Assembly: GCA_031835245.2 (NCBI GenBank)
Contig: JAVKOQ020000072.1
Coordinates: 1-64,000, forward strand
Source of the DNA: Balamuthia mandrillaris
Lineage: Eukaryota
DNA length: 64,000 bases
Reading direction: 5' to 3'
The translations under genes were made by a program, and so were the position numbers. This document shows, piece after piece, positions 1-11,544 of the stretch. The stretch's first letter is position 1. Each line of letters opens with the position of its first letter. The notes below the pieces were generated by a model, which searched no databases, had not been told where the DNA came from, and was given only the letters and a program-made list of their open reading frames with translations.

Positions 1-1009
1 GATGCTTGGGGTTGTGAAGTTCTTGGTTTCTTTGTTCCTAAGTTCTAGGCTTGGAAAAGTTCCAAGGAAGGCAGGAAAAAGATCTTTGGAATGGGTTTGT
101 GTCAACATAAAAGATCGATGGCAGCTCATGTAAGCTTATTGACAGAAAAAAAGGAAGAAATGAAATACACAAATCGTTGGCAACTGCCAACATAACCAAC
201 TTCCACTTTTCCTTGTGTGTGTGGTCCACATTTCTTTTCTTGTGAATAAACCCAGAGTCACTTATGTGCTGTCCCTTTCTTAATCCACAGGGTTATTCCT
301 CATTAACATTTTTTTAAGTGCACTCTTAGTGGCAAGAATGGTTCAACCTTACCACAATGAGCAACAACAACAAGTGCAATTCTCAATGTTGGGATGATTT
401 ATCCCCCATGGAACTTCATAACAATGCTTGTGCTATAAGTGCAAGCAGCAAGGTCACCTTGCATTCTCTTGCTCCAACAAAACTGACAAGAAGTCATCAA
501 GCATATTTGCCCTTACTACTAGTAACAATTATGACAATCCTCCCAATGATGATGATGTGTCAACGACCCTCCTGCTACTGCTATCCGCTCCAGTCTCCCT
601 CCTGGTCCCTTTGCTACTCTTTCTTATTTGCAGTGTGATGATGTTGATAACTACTATGAATACTGCCATGCAATTAATGAGCTAGTAGAAGACTCACTTG
701 ACTGTGATCCCTATGGTTGATTCCAGTGGAAGAGGGAGTGATGTTGTGAATTACTCTCAATATATTAGCTCTGTTGCCCCTTTCCCTTTCCTTTCTTCCT
801 ATCAACATCTGTGATGTGGACCAATTATCTGCTGCCATATTACAAGGCTTCTTCCTTTTATTCTATTGTGTCCATTTTTCTTTCTTTTAGTTAGTTAGTT
901 TTGTTTTTGTTCACACCACACCTTTCTCTCTTGACACCTTTTGTTCCCTAGTTCACTTTGAATAATACATTTTGGCCCTGTCCATTTGTGTTATTTGCCC
1001 CTTTCAACA
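1..1009 (+). mobile_element. Degenerate LTR retrotransposon remnant (3' part)
   Basis: ORF 428-685 starts with a CX2CX4HX4C gag zinc knuckle (CYKCKQQGHLAFSC). Polypurine tract GGAAGAGGGAG at 728-738 is followed by TGTTG at 742, with matching CAACA ending at 1009. The region is nearly CpG-free. The 5' end lies outside the window. Confidence 0.6.
742..1009 (+). repeat. Putative 3' LTR (~268 bp)
   Basis: TGTTG...CAACA terminal inverted ends directly downstream of the polypurine tract; TATA-like TATATT near 761 and AATAAT at 961. The second LTR copy is not in the window. Confidence 0.5.
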
Positions 1010-1011
1010 AT

Positions 1012-1066
1012 GAGACAACAACAACAACATAAGACAACAACATAAGACAACAACATAAGACAACAA
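1012..1066. repeat. 13-bp tandem repeat (AAGACAACAACAT), ~3-4 copies
   Basis: Directly visible just after the putative LTR end. Confidence 0.8.
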
Positions 1067-1102
1067 TCATCTACTAGTTGTATATTAATGTTTATTTAGT
1101 GT

Positions 1103-1675
1103 TTAGCTCTTAATTCCATTGCTTTCATCTTTAAGCATTTTTATAATATCCTTGAAAGTAGGTCTGATAAACAAAATAAAGTTAAGAAGAGTGACAATGG
1201 ACAAAAGAAAAAGTATTAAACTAACCGTTCATCAGGGTTGAATTTAAAACATTGAGCTACAATTTCACACAATACTGATGGAGATTCTTCATTAAGTGTA
1301 AGTGTATAACCATTCATAACAGCATCAACAACTTCTTCAACTTTCATATCAGGGTAAGGCGTTTTTCCTTTGTTCATGATCTCCCACAATAACACTCCAT
1401 AGCCTATTTGCATATTTAATAGAAAGTCAATGAGAGAGAGAGAGAGAAAGAGTGAGAGAGAGAACAAAAGAGAGAGAGAGAGAGAGAGCAAGGAACAAAA
1501 GAGCAAAGGAAAGTGAAAGAAAAATAACAAACTCCAAACATCTGATTTTTTGTCAAAGGTTCTTTTGTGAAAAAACTCAGGAGGTGTCCAGCGAACAGGA
1601 ATGGTTTGTGCACCAAGTTCTTCTTCATTCCGTTCTGTTGATAACCCAAAATCTGTTGAAACCCAAGAAAAGAAC

Positions 1676-1721
<46 letters not shown>

Positions 1722-2224
1722 AATAACTCATAAACCAGAACTTGCATAAACGAATTCAAAAAAGAAGTGAATGCAAACCAGCAACTTTGATGGTCAAGTC
1801 TCCAGTAAGAAGAACATTGCGAGCAGCCAAATCACGATGAATGATATCTTCAGAGTGAAGATGATGCATACCAGCTGCTATTTCTCTGGCCATTTTCACA
1901 GCTATCCTCCTTCGCTCATCTTTCTTCTTCTTGGCAAAGGAGTTTTGCAAAAAATGGAGAAGATTGCCTTGTGCCAAGAACTCCATGACCATGCACCATG
2001 GAGTTCCTTCTTCCATCGACACTCCAAACAATTGTATCACATTTGTGTGTGGACGAAGATGCCTGTTATACTGAGTTAAATAAACTAATTCTGGAAGAGA
2101 GTAAAAAAACCAAGAAAGTTAAAGCAATACAAACTTCATTATATCACACTCAGCCTTAAAGTTTGTTTTGGCAGTTTCAGAGTCCTTTATGGAATTGAAC
2201 TGTATTGATGTGCTTGACTTAGTT

Positions 2225-2263
<39 letters not shown>

Positions 2264-4132
2264 GAGGAGAAGAGAAGAGAGAGAGAGAAGAGAAGAGAGA
2301 GAGAGAGAAGAGAGAAGAGAGATATAAACCATCTTGATGGCAACTGTTGTCTCTCTCCATGCACCACGCCACACTGTTCCAAAACATCTATTTGAGTAGG
2401 CGTTAGTTCAACAAACAGAAATTGTAGAAAGAACAAAGGGACAAAACAATGTGAAAGAACAAGAAGAGAAGCTAGAAAAGAACATAAAGTACCCATTTCC
2501 TATCTCTTCCTCGAATTCTAGTTCAGAGAAAGGAATCTCCCACTGGAAGCTTTGATTACTGGCAGCAGCCTTAGACACCCGCATCTCTTCATCCACTTCG
2601 TGCATGGGTCTCTTGTATGCCGATCCTTTTGACGTTTCTGAGGCATAAATCGAGCTAACTGCAGAAGTCATATCTCTTTCTCGCTGCCTCAGTTTACGTC
2701 CTTTTCTTCTCCAAAGTAGAATGACAACCAACACCACCGCTATGACAAGCAAGAAAGGAAGACCAATGCCCAGACCTAAACCAAGGCCAAGCCCGTTATT
2801 GTTGTCAGAAGAAGAGGATTCCTTTTGCTCACTTGACCCGTCTGTTTGGTAGTCCACTGTTGAATACTAGAACTTAGAACTACAGAAACAAAGAAATATA
2901 CAGATAGAAAGGAAGAAGTAATTACCATAGAGCAAGTTATAAGACCGTTGAAACACAGGATTCACAATGGAGTTCAAAAGATCGGTGTTACACTCCACTG
3001 CAATATCAAACTCTGCTAGACGTGGATCCGGCAGCATTACAAAGCTTTTTGTTGATACAACTTCTGCCCTCAACTCTGCCAAAAAGCAGCGCACCAAACG
3101 AATCCCAGAAGGAAGGGTGCCCATGTCTTCACACTCTGATAGCGAGGAAGAAGCCAGAAGAGGAGCGTCGCGACCGCTAAGAATTACATCACAGGTTACA
3201 TTACGGGCATAGAGAGCGCCTTGGCTGGTGGCATTAAAAGAGAATAGCAATGCTTCATCAAAGAGTAGCTCTCCATTTGAAGTTTCTCCCAGATCTTCTT
3301 TTGTGAATCCGTCCTTTTGTTGTATATTATTTTGTTGGATGAGATAAAAAGCAGAAAAAGGCAGCATAAAGTGAGGATAGAGAGCAAACCAGGGTACTTC
3401 TCTTCTGTGTTGTCACCTTTCCGGTCACAAGACTGAAAGCAACATTAACGTCTTCCAATTCTTCAACAACGATAAAAGACTTTCCCGTTGATGGGATACC
3501 GTCTCCTCTCTCATCTTTGCACTGCATCACAACATCGAAAGAAGACGTCCCAGCAAGCTCTGGTTTTGCTGAGATGGAAACGATGGCGATGGTACCATTG
3601 GGAGGAGGAACGTCCAACGCGCAGCGAACTTGCAAATTGTTGCCATTACTTGAAGGATAGGAAGAAGAACAGGATTCAATGTTGGAACTAACGAATGAGA
3701 GTGAGGAGACAGAAAAATCCCAAGTGCAGCTGGTGGACAGGGATGAAGCGAGCCCGTTGTTGTAGATAAAAGACGTGATGTCGATGGTGCGTTCAAGAGA
3801 AATTTGTTGTGGCTTATCCTCCTCTTTAGAGGAACATAGGTTGCAATGAGTAATCAGAGGAAGATAAAGATAGCGGGCGAAGGAAAGAAGGAGTAACCAG
3901 AAGAACGAGTAAAGCTTACCTGCAAAGCTCGTTGAAAGGTTCCAAGAGGGAGTTCCAAGCGTGATTAAACCTGAAACGGAAGGTGGAGGGCTTGTAGCCG
4001 ACCCTTGGGCACTACACTCTTCCACAAGAATGGAAATATTGCCACGATAGTACGGCGGAACAGCCAACTCCCAGTTTGATACCGTTGCTACGTTTTTTGC
4101 AAACCATCTTACTTTCAGAATAAATCATATGG

Positions 4133-4165
<33 letters not shown>

Positions 4166-5078
4166 GACAACGAAGGGCACGACGAAAAGAGGACAAGAGA
4201 TAGAGGAGGTCGTACTAGCAGAGCCAGAAGTGCCTATGTCTCCTGATTTAGTGCAGCTCCAAACGTTAGCATCGGCAGTAGGCGTGCAGCCCGAAGGAGC
4301 AACCAGCCAATCTGCAGTTCCCTCTACGCCAACCACAACATTGCACCTGGCGTTACGTGCAACGGACGGTCCGTCGTTGGACAAACGAAACTGGAAAGAT
4401 ACGGACAGACCTGGAACCACCCTCTGCGACTCGTCCGCCACGAGTGAGGGTGTGATGTCGTACTCCGCATTTCCGGTAGTAAAACTTGAAGAAGAGGTCC
4501 ACACCCCGTCTACCTTTGTTCTTTGGCCTTCGTTGGTCGAAAAAAGATCGAAAAGAGATTTTTGTTGTTAAATCATAATCAAAAAAAAAAAAAAAAGGAG
4601 GAGGAACAAGGAAGAAAGAGGGTACCGTCCCAGTTCGTGTAGGAGTCCAACCAAGCTCCGGTATTGATCGTAGCAAGTATCTTGTCGGGAGGTATGTTGA
4701 CCACTCCCGAAAAAACAGTGTTTGGAACGGTGCTCGTCTCAGGATGTACACAGCCCCATACGTTCCAAGTGTTACAGTTCCAAGGGCTAGGCGTTGCTGA
4801 AACTGTAAACAAAACGCGAACGAACGAAACTAAGAATGGCTCAGAAATACAAGGAAGCAAGAGTACTTACTTGGTTCAAGGTCGTAAACAGGGTTGGTGT
4901 GGCCTTGCCACCACAGCGTACCCGTTCGCAGGGTGACGTCCTTGGCTTCCCATTGAAGGGTAACGGGCTTGCCGGGAGTCGGGTTGGCTTTCTCTTTCGG
5001 ACCAAGGAAGCGGAAGCCAGCACTACCAAACCCTATCAAACAAGCTATCCATAGCAATTGTACGGCTCTCCTGTTCAT
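1103..5078 (-). CDS. Single-pass receptor tyrosine kinase-like protein (multi-exon) with Ig/DUF11-like ectodomain
   Basis: Signal peptide MNRRAVQLLWIACLIGFGSA; ectodomain motif FQFRLSNDGPSVA; TM GIGLPFLLVIAVVLVVILLW followed by RRK; kinase motifs WEIPFSELEFEEEIG, HRDLAARNVLL, DFGL, IPVRWTPPE, SDVWS; last exon RPTFKDIIKML...stop at 1103. Confidence 0.9.
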
Positions 5079-5419
5079 GCTCGTCCTCTCTGTTTCTTTT
5101 TGCTAAGCGGAGAGTTTTTCCATGGCTACCTGCAGCAATTGCGATTGTCCTGCTCATTCAATTACATAAATACCGGAGATTAACAATTAGCTGCTGGCCT
5201 CCGTCAGGTGACCAAACGAAAAGCTGCGCTGCCGATGTTCTGGTTGGTCGCAGGCAAATACGAAATGGTCACCAGCTACGAAAGTCGTATTAAAGTGCGT
5301 AAATGGCTTTTCTATTGGTTTGTGCAAAACCACACTTAAAACCATTATTCGACTAAGTAGTGGATGAGCTCATCTTTTGCCAAGGAGGCAGAGGTAAGAC
5401 GTCAGCAACAACGATGCTA

Positions 5420-5915
5420 TTATTGCTCCTGCTCTTGCAAGAGGGCAGCTGCTCTGCGTGTACGCCTCTCTTCCTCGTCAGCGATATCGTTGGTTTCGCT
5501 TGTAGTTTGGGAAGAGGATCCTTCTTCAATGAGGTTCAATACACGCGATAGCTGTTCGCGCAGCTCTACAGCGGTGAAACGACATCGCACGAATGTCTCT
5601 TCTTTCCAGGGTTGGTACGTGGCAAAGCAGCTCGTTTGGTTCGTTTGCGGCGCATTCAAAACAAATGTTACTGTGCAGCCATTCAAACTGGTCACTGTTT
5701 GTTTTGTTTGTTAGAAATGCAATACGATAGGAGAGGGAGAGGGAGAGAGGGAGAGGAGAGGAGGGAGAGAGGGGAGAGGGAGAGGGAGAGGAGAGGGAGA
5801 GAGGGAGAGGGAGAGGGAGAGGGGGGAGAGGGAGAGGGAGAGGAGAGGGAGAGAGGGAGGGAGAGGGAGAGGGAGAGGGAGAGGGAGAGGGAGAGGGAGA
5901 GGGAGAGGGAGAGGG

Positions 5916-5975
<60 letters not shown>

Positions 5976-7145
5976 TAGAGAGGACAACAAACCAGCATGA
6001 AGAACAGAGGTATGCATGTAGTAGGATTGACCTTTGCCCACAAAGATCTCTTCCAGCTTTTCCAAACGAACCTTGCCACAAGCGTTCAAGTTGAACACAC
6101 GCGTAGCCTCCTCGCCTGTTCCAGTCACCAGCGGGTCATACACGTATTTGTACAGCTCATGGAAGCGTCCGCCTCCCTCTTCCGCTTCCTCCCTCTTTTT
6201 AACTGCATCTTCTTGAATAACGTCCATCCTGCTCTCCGCATCGGTTGGAACTTCCCAAATCTCGTGAGAGAAGCCGCCATGAAGAATGCGAGAAGCAAAG
6301 TGATTGCGATGAGAATGAACCTCCTCCTGAGCCACGGTGAAGTTCTCCGGAAGAAAGATGTGCATCCTCAACTTCCACTTGCTCTTTTGTCCTGCCAACA
6401 GGACCATCTTCTCGAACAGGTCGTGATGGTAGGACTCGGAGACGGCGGCTTGGAAAAAGCTTCTTTGTTGTTGCTTCTCTCCGTCTTGTAGTCCAGCTGA
6501 AACCAAGAAGAGGCGAAGGATGGAAGCAACGTGATCTCCAAGAGCGTTTATCAACGCCTCCAGCGCACAAAAGTCGATGATGTGAGCCTGAGGGCACGCC
6601 TTCTCCATGCGCTCGTCCAAAAAGGCCACCAGCGCCGCCAACTTCTTCTCCGCTGCTTCGAACTCGTCTTTTTCTCCTTCGTCTTCTCCCTTTTCGTTGG
6701 CCTCCAGCAAGCTTTGCAGCTGGTTCTTGATCTTTTCTCTGAGAGCGGGGTTTCTTCCTGCGAATAATTTGTGCATGTTGGGCAGACGAGCTTGCCATGG
6801 GTCCCTAGTTGGCTCCAAGTCTGGTTGTTGCTTGTTGCCAGCAGGACGACGACCTCGTAGCTCTCGCAGCTGTTGTTTGACGAGAGTGCGAGCCTCTCTC
6901 GTCTGTTTCCTGTTTTGTAGCTTGAGCTCTTTCATTCGGGCCATTTCTTGTTCGATGGCTTGCACTCGCTCTTCTGCAGGGCCAGGCGCCTTTCTCTGCT
7001 CTCTTTTGAGGGTGCGAAGCTCTTGCTTGAGCCTGCGCAGCTGGTCGCGGCAGTAGAGGCGGTTCGCTTTGCTTCTTGCCCCTATCTCCCGGCCGAACAG
7101 CGGATAGGTAACTCTTTGTAACGGCTGCTGCTCTGCAACTTCCAT
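5420..7145 (-). CDS. Coiled-coil plus cupin-fold protein (2 exons, intron 5695-5992)
   Basis: Long ORF with HSHRNHFASRILHGG (cupin motif 1). Removing the GT-AG intron joins YYMHTSVLHA to VTSLNGCTVTFVL (cupin motif 2). Function unknown. Confidence 0.7.
5730..5972. repeat. Intronic (GGGAGA)n/(GA)n microsatellite
   Basis: Directly visible. Confidence 0.95.
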
Positions 7146-7415
7146 TTGTGTTTGTGTTGCTCCCTCTGCTGCGATGTAAAACTGGGTCCCTGTTGGAGAA
7201 AGTTCTGTAGTTGCGCAACGAAAGAAAAAGGCAACGCTAAAGGTAAACCAGAGGTCGAGCAGTTTTGGTGGTGCAACGAAATCTGTTTCCTTTCATCATA
7301 GGTCAATCCAATAGAATTTCAAACTTCTCAATTCAACGAATGATATTTCGCTGGTTTTGCCCACTAAAAGTTCAAGATTGATTCAGAATCAGAAGAATAA
7401 AACACAAGGGAAGCA

Positions 7416-9809
7416 ATGATGAGAGCGAAAGTGAGCGATACCCTGCGATGGTTCCCGGTGAGCCGAACCTTTATGCGTCCTGCCCTCGCTACTGCCTCGG
7501 TACCGCGGTCATTAAGGTTGAGTGGCCGTCATCACTACTTCTGCACAGCAACAACGCCTACCAGCACAAGAACGGATCGGCCCGCGAAACAACCTCGCGA
7601 CTCTCTGGTGGAAGACTCTCTGGCCTTTGGTTCCGATTTGGAGCTCAGGGAGGGTTACCTCAATAGCTTTGGAAACATACGCCTAGGAATGGTTTTGGAG
7701 GATTTGGACGGCTTCGCTGGTATGCTATCTTCGTTTTACTCTATCTTCGTTTCCCTCTCCTCTTCTGTGTCTCTCAGTCTTCGCTTTTTCTCTGTCCTCT
7801 CGTTCCTTCGCTGCTGCTCTTGCCCTTCTTCCTTCTCCATCTCTTCTCTGGAACTGAAGCCTCTCTTTCGATGCCATGGATTTGGCTTTCAAAGGTAAAA
7901 TAGCGTACAAACATACCGAGGGCCAAAGCACACCGGTTCACACCGTGGGCGTCCACAACAGGGTGCCCACCACGGCTGGCTCTGCATTCAATACCACCAT
8001 AGTGACGGCCGCTGTAGATCGCATCCAACTTATAAACCCGATACGAGGAGACAAAGACCTCAAAATGAAAGGTCAGTCCTTTGTCTGAAGCGTTCTTTTT
8101 GTTTATCTTTTTCTCTTGTTGTTGTTCTTGTCCAAAGGTCTGGTGACATGGGTAGGAAAGTCCTCCATGGAAGTTCGTGCAGAAGTCTATTCGGTGATGG
8201 ATGACGAGACGAATGTGCTACCACACATGCTGGCCCATTTCGTGATGGTGGCTCGTACGAAGGACGCTTCCTCTGCATTGGTGGTACCTGCCTTGCAACC
8301 GGTTACTCCGGAGGAACGTCGTCGCTTCGAGCAAGGAGCCATCAATGCCACCTATCGAAAGGAGGCTGCCAACACATCTCTCATGCGGTTACCTCCCCGT
8401 CCCGAAGAGGTTTCGTTGATTCACAACTTCTTCATGCAACAACATTGGAGGAGCAAGATGGCCCTCCTTTCTGCCTCCTCTTCCTCTGCTTCTTCATCTC
8501 CTGTTCATCGTCACTATGTACTAATGTCAGATACTGGCCATTCTTCAACTCAATGGACTCACCCCCAGGTTCTTATCCTTCCTTATTCTTCCCTCCCTCC
8601 CTCCCTCCCTCCCTCCCCCTCCCTCCCTCCCTCCCCTCCCTCCCTCCCCCTCCTCCCTCCCTCCCTCCCTCCTCCCTCCCTCCCTCCCTCCCTCCCCCCT
8701 CCCTCCCCCTCCCTCCCTCCCTCCCTCCCTCCCTCCCTCCCTCCCTCCCTCCCTCCCTCCCTCCTCCCTCTCTCTCTGCTCTCTGCTCTCTGCTCTGCTC
8801 TCTGCTCTCTGCTCTCTCCTCTGCTCTGCTCTCCTGCTCTCTGCTCTCTGCTCTCTGCTCTCTGCTCTCTGCTCTCTGCTCTCTGCTCTCTGCTCTCTGC
8901 TCTCTGCTCTCTGCTCTCTCTCTGCTCTGCTCTCTGCTCTCTGCTCTCTGCTCTCTGCTCTCTGCTCTCTGCTCTCTGCTCTCTGCTCTCTGCTCTCTGC
9001 TCTCTGCTCTCTGCTCTCTCCCTTCTCCTCTCTCGTCTCATTCCTATTTCTTATATTTCAACACAGAATCGTAATATACACGGGAATATCTACGGTGGCT
9101 TTTTGATGCGGCAAGCATTCGAACTGGCATTTGCGAGCTGTGGTATGTTTGCCAAAGAGAGGCCGGAGTTCGTATCAATGGACGACATTCACTTCATAAA
9201 ACCTGTTCGCATAGGTTCCATACTCTCGTTTCACTGTAATGTGGTATATACAGCAGAGGATAAGAAGGAAGAAGCAACAAAGCACGAGGGAGAAGGCGAT
9301 AATGGGGAGAAAACTTTTCCGTTGATCCAGATGCGAGTACAAGCCAACGTTTGCGAACTTGGATCAGACGTGGAGGAGACTACAAACGTCTTTCACATTA
9401 CCTTTCGCTGCAATTCCAACAAAAAGCAAATTCTGCCCAATACTTATGGAGGTTTTGTTATTCTTTTTTTTCTTTTGCTTCTTGTTGTTGTTTTTGTTGT
9501 TCTTCATCTTCTTCTTGTTCTTCTTGTTCTTCTTGTTCTTCTTGTTCTTCTTGTTCTTCTTGTTCTTCTTCTTCTTGTTCTTCTTCTTCTTCTTCTTCTT
9601 CTTCTTCTTCTTCTTGTTCTTCTTCTTCTTCTTCTTCTTCTTCTTCTTCTTCTTCGTTCCATATTTCCTACCTGTGCCTTTTTTTGTTTTTCTCACATTA
9701 TAAAACGACAGAGGCAATGGAGTATTTACACGGACGGAGAAGACTTTTGAGAGCACAAGCCGCCAAAGAAGACTTAACCAAAGAACTCTACAGCTTTGGG
9801 AGGCTATAA
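7416..9809 (+). CDS. ACOT9: Acyl-CoA thioesterase 9-like, double hotdog fold, probably mitochondrial
   Basis: Arg-rich presequence; motifs YLNSFGNIRLGMVLEDLD, IVTAAVDRI, VTWVGKSSMEV, RNIHGNIYGGFLMRQAFELA, EAMEYLHGRRR. Confidence 0.9.
8590..9020. repeat. Intronic (CCCT)n followed by heptamer (CTCTGCT)n
   Basis: Directly visible inside an ACOT9 intron. Confidence 0.95.
9480..9655. repeat. Intronic (CTT)n/(CTTCTTGTT)n
   Basis: Directly visible. Confidence 0.95.
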
Positions 9810-9849
9810 AAAAGTTAACTAATTGAGCTCCTGCTTTATTTCTCTTCTC

Positions 9850-10149
9850 CTACACCTGCTGACCGGAAGAAAAGAAGACTTGAGCAGTGTTTTCAAAGAC
9901 CTGCCGTGAGACCTCATTTGTAGGGATGCCTTTCACCGCAGCCACAACTTCCAATACTTGAACGATGGCAGCGGGTTCGTTTCTGCCTTTTACCCACTTT
10001 CCTTTCTCGAACTTTTTCTTGTCTTTCTTCTGGAATTGTGTTTTGATGTGCTTGGCTCCTGCATGGGTGTTCCTTATGTCACACCAGGGCGCATCTGTTG
10101 CACTCTACTGTCAGTCTTTGCAAACAGAGAGAAGAATTGGAGAGTAGAG

Positions 10150-10191
<42 letters not shown>

Positions 10192-11402
10192 CTGTCTCTA
10201 ACATAAGACGATTAAGAGGAATGGCAGCGGCTACAGCTAAGTTCTCTTCTGTTTTAAGTGAACAACCTTTTCGTTTGCTTTTATCGTTAACATTCTCTCC
10301 TGCAAAAATGATATGAATACTACGTACCATTTAAGCCAATGAAGAGGTCAAGCGCTAAAACCTTTTGCAAGTCCTCGGCACTGTCGGTGAAGGAATGAAC
10401 AACACCATGCTTAAAACGAGGTCTGTTCTTGCTCACAATGTCGCAAAAGTCATCACATGCAGCTCTCATGTGAAGGAACAGCGGTAAACCACTCCGCTCC
10501 GCCAACTCAAACTGTTGCTCAAAGTACCTGTTGTGTTGAAGGTTTTAAACAAAGATGCACAAGAAGGGAATGATGAGCGTAAGTAACATCACAAGTAACA
10601 GAATACTCAAGCAAAAGGTAAAAGCACTTTTTCTGCGTTTCTTTATCACAAAAGTTGAGCCGGTCATAGTCTACACATATTGTTCATCAGTCGAAAGAAG
10701 CAATGCAGCAAGAAAACAAAGAAAAGAAGACATGACGAAGTAGAGGAGCGAAGAAGAGACTAAGGAAACACACAATGAATACATTACCCAAACCAAACTC
10801 TCCAACTGCAACGACCTTATCACGATTGGCTTCGATGAGAGCGAGCAGGTTGTTGAGGTACTGCTCTGCTCCTTCCTCTGCTTTGTCAAACTCTCCACAA
10901 CGAGTTGGATGCACTCCAACAGTACAAAACAGCCTCTCTTTCAACGACAGTTTAGTCTTTCTTTAGCTTGCATCAGAGAGAAAGAGAGAGAGCTGAGAGA
11001 GTTGAGCGAGCTAAGAGAGCAGAGAAGAGAACAAACCATCTTTTCGAGCAAGCGCTATTGCTTTTTGAGCTTCTTCATAGTTCCCAGCAGTGATTATAAT
11101 CCTCTAAACACTCAAAACAAGTGAGGAAAGTGAAATAAGAGATGCAGTGATAACAAAGTGAAAAAAAACCTTCATCCCAATGGACCAAGCGCGAGTGAGA
11201 ACATCTTCCCAGTCGCTTTCGTGGGCTGCTTTTCCGTTGTAGCGACCTTCAAACATGTCGTCTGTTAGATTGGCTCCTATATCTTTGTTGTTTCGTCACA
11301 AGCAAGTCGATCCGTCCGTCAATGAGCAAAGCGAGAGGTTTTTTTTGTGGGGTCGGACCTACCGATGAAGCTGTGCTCTGGCTCTTGTGGAGGGGCTTGC
11401 AT
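9850..11402 (-). CDS. TATDN1: TatD family deoxyribonuclease (multi-exon)
   Basis: Motifs FIDIGANLTDDMF, TVGVHPTRC, VAVGEFGL, LPLFLHMR, GVVHSFT, IGLNG, RLMLET; stop at 9850. Confidence 0.92.
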
Positions 11403-11544
11403 GATCGTTTTTGTGCGTGTTACTCTTTCCTTCTTCTGAAAAAAAAAGAAATAGAAAAAGAACAAAACAGAAAAGAGAGAGACACATAGCCAAAGTACAG
11501 AAAGAAGAAAGAATGCTATTATTCATCTTCATTCCCTCACTTCT

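Noticed and set aside
1012..1066. Short direct repeats considered as a CRISPR array
   Set aside because: Head-to-tail 13-mers with no spacers, no cas genes, eukaryotic context.
5612..6094. ORFs of poly-ER, poly-LS, poly-K or poly-F here and at 8445-9074, 9351-9756, 12061-12720, 20336-20899 and 36682-37061
   Set aside because: Translations of intronic or intergenic microsatellites, not plausible proteins.
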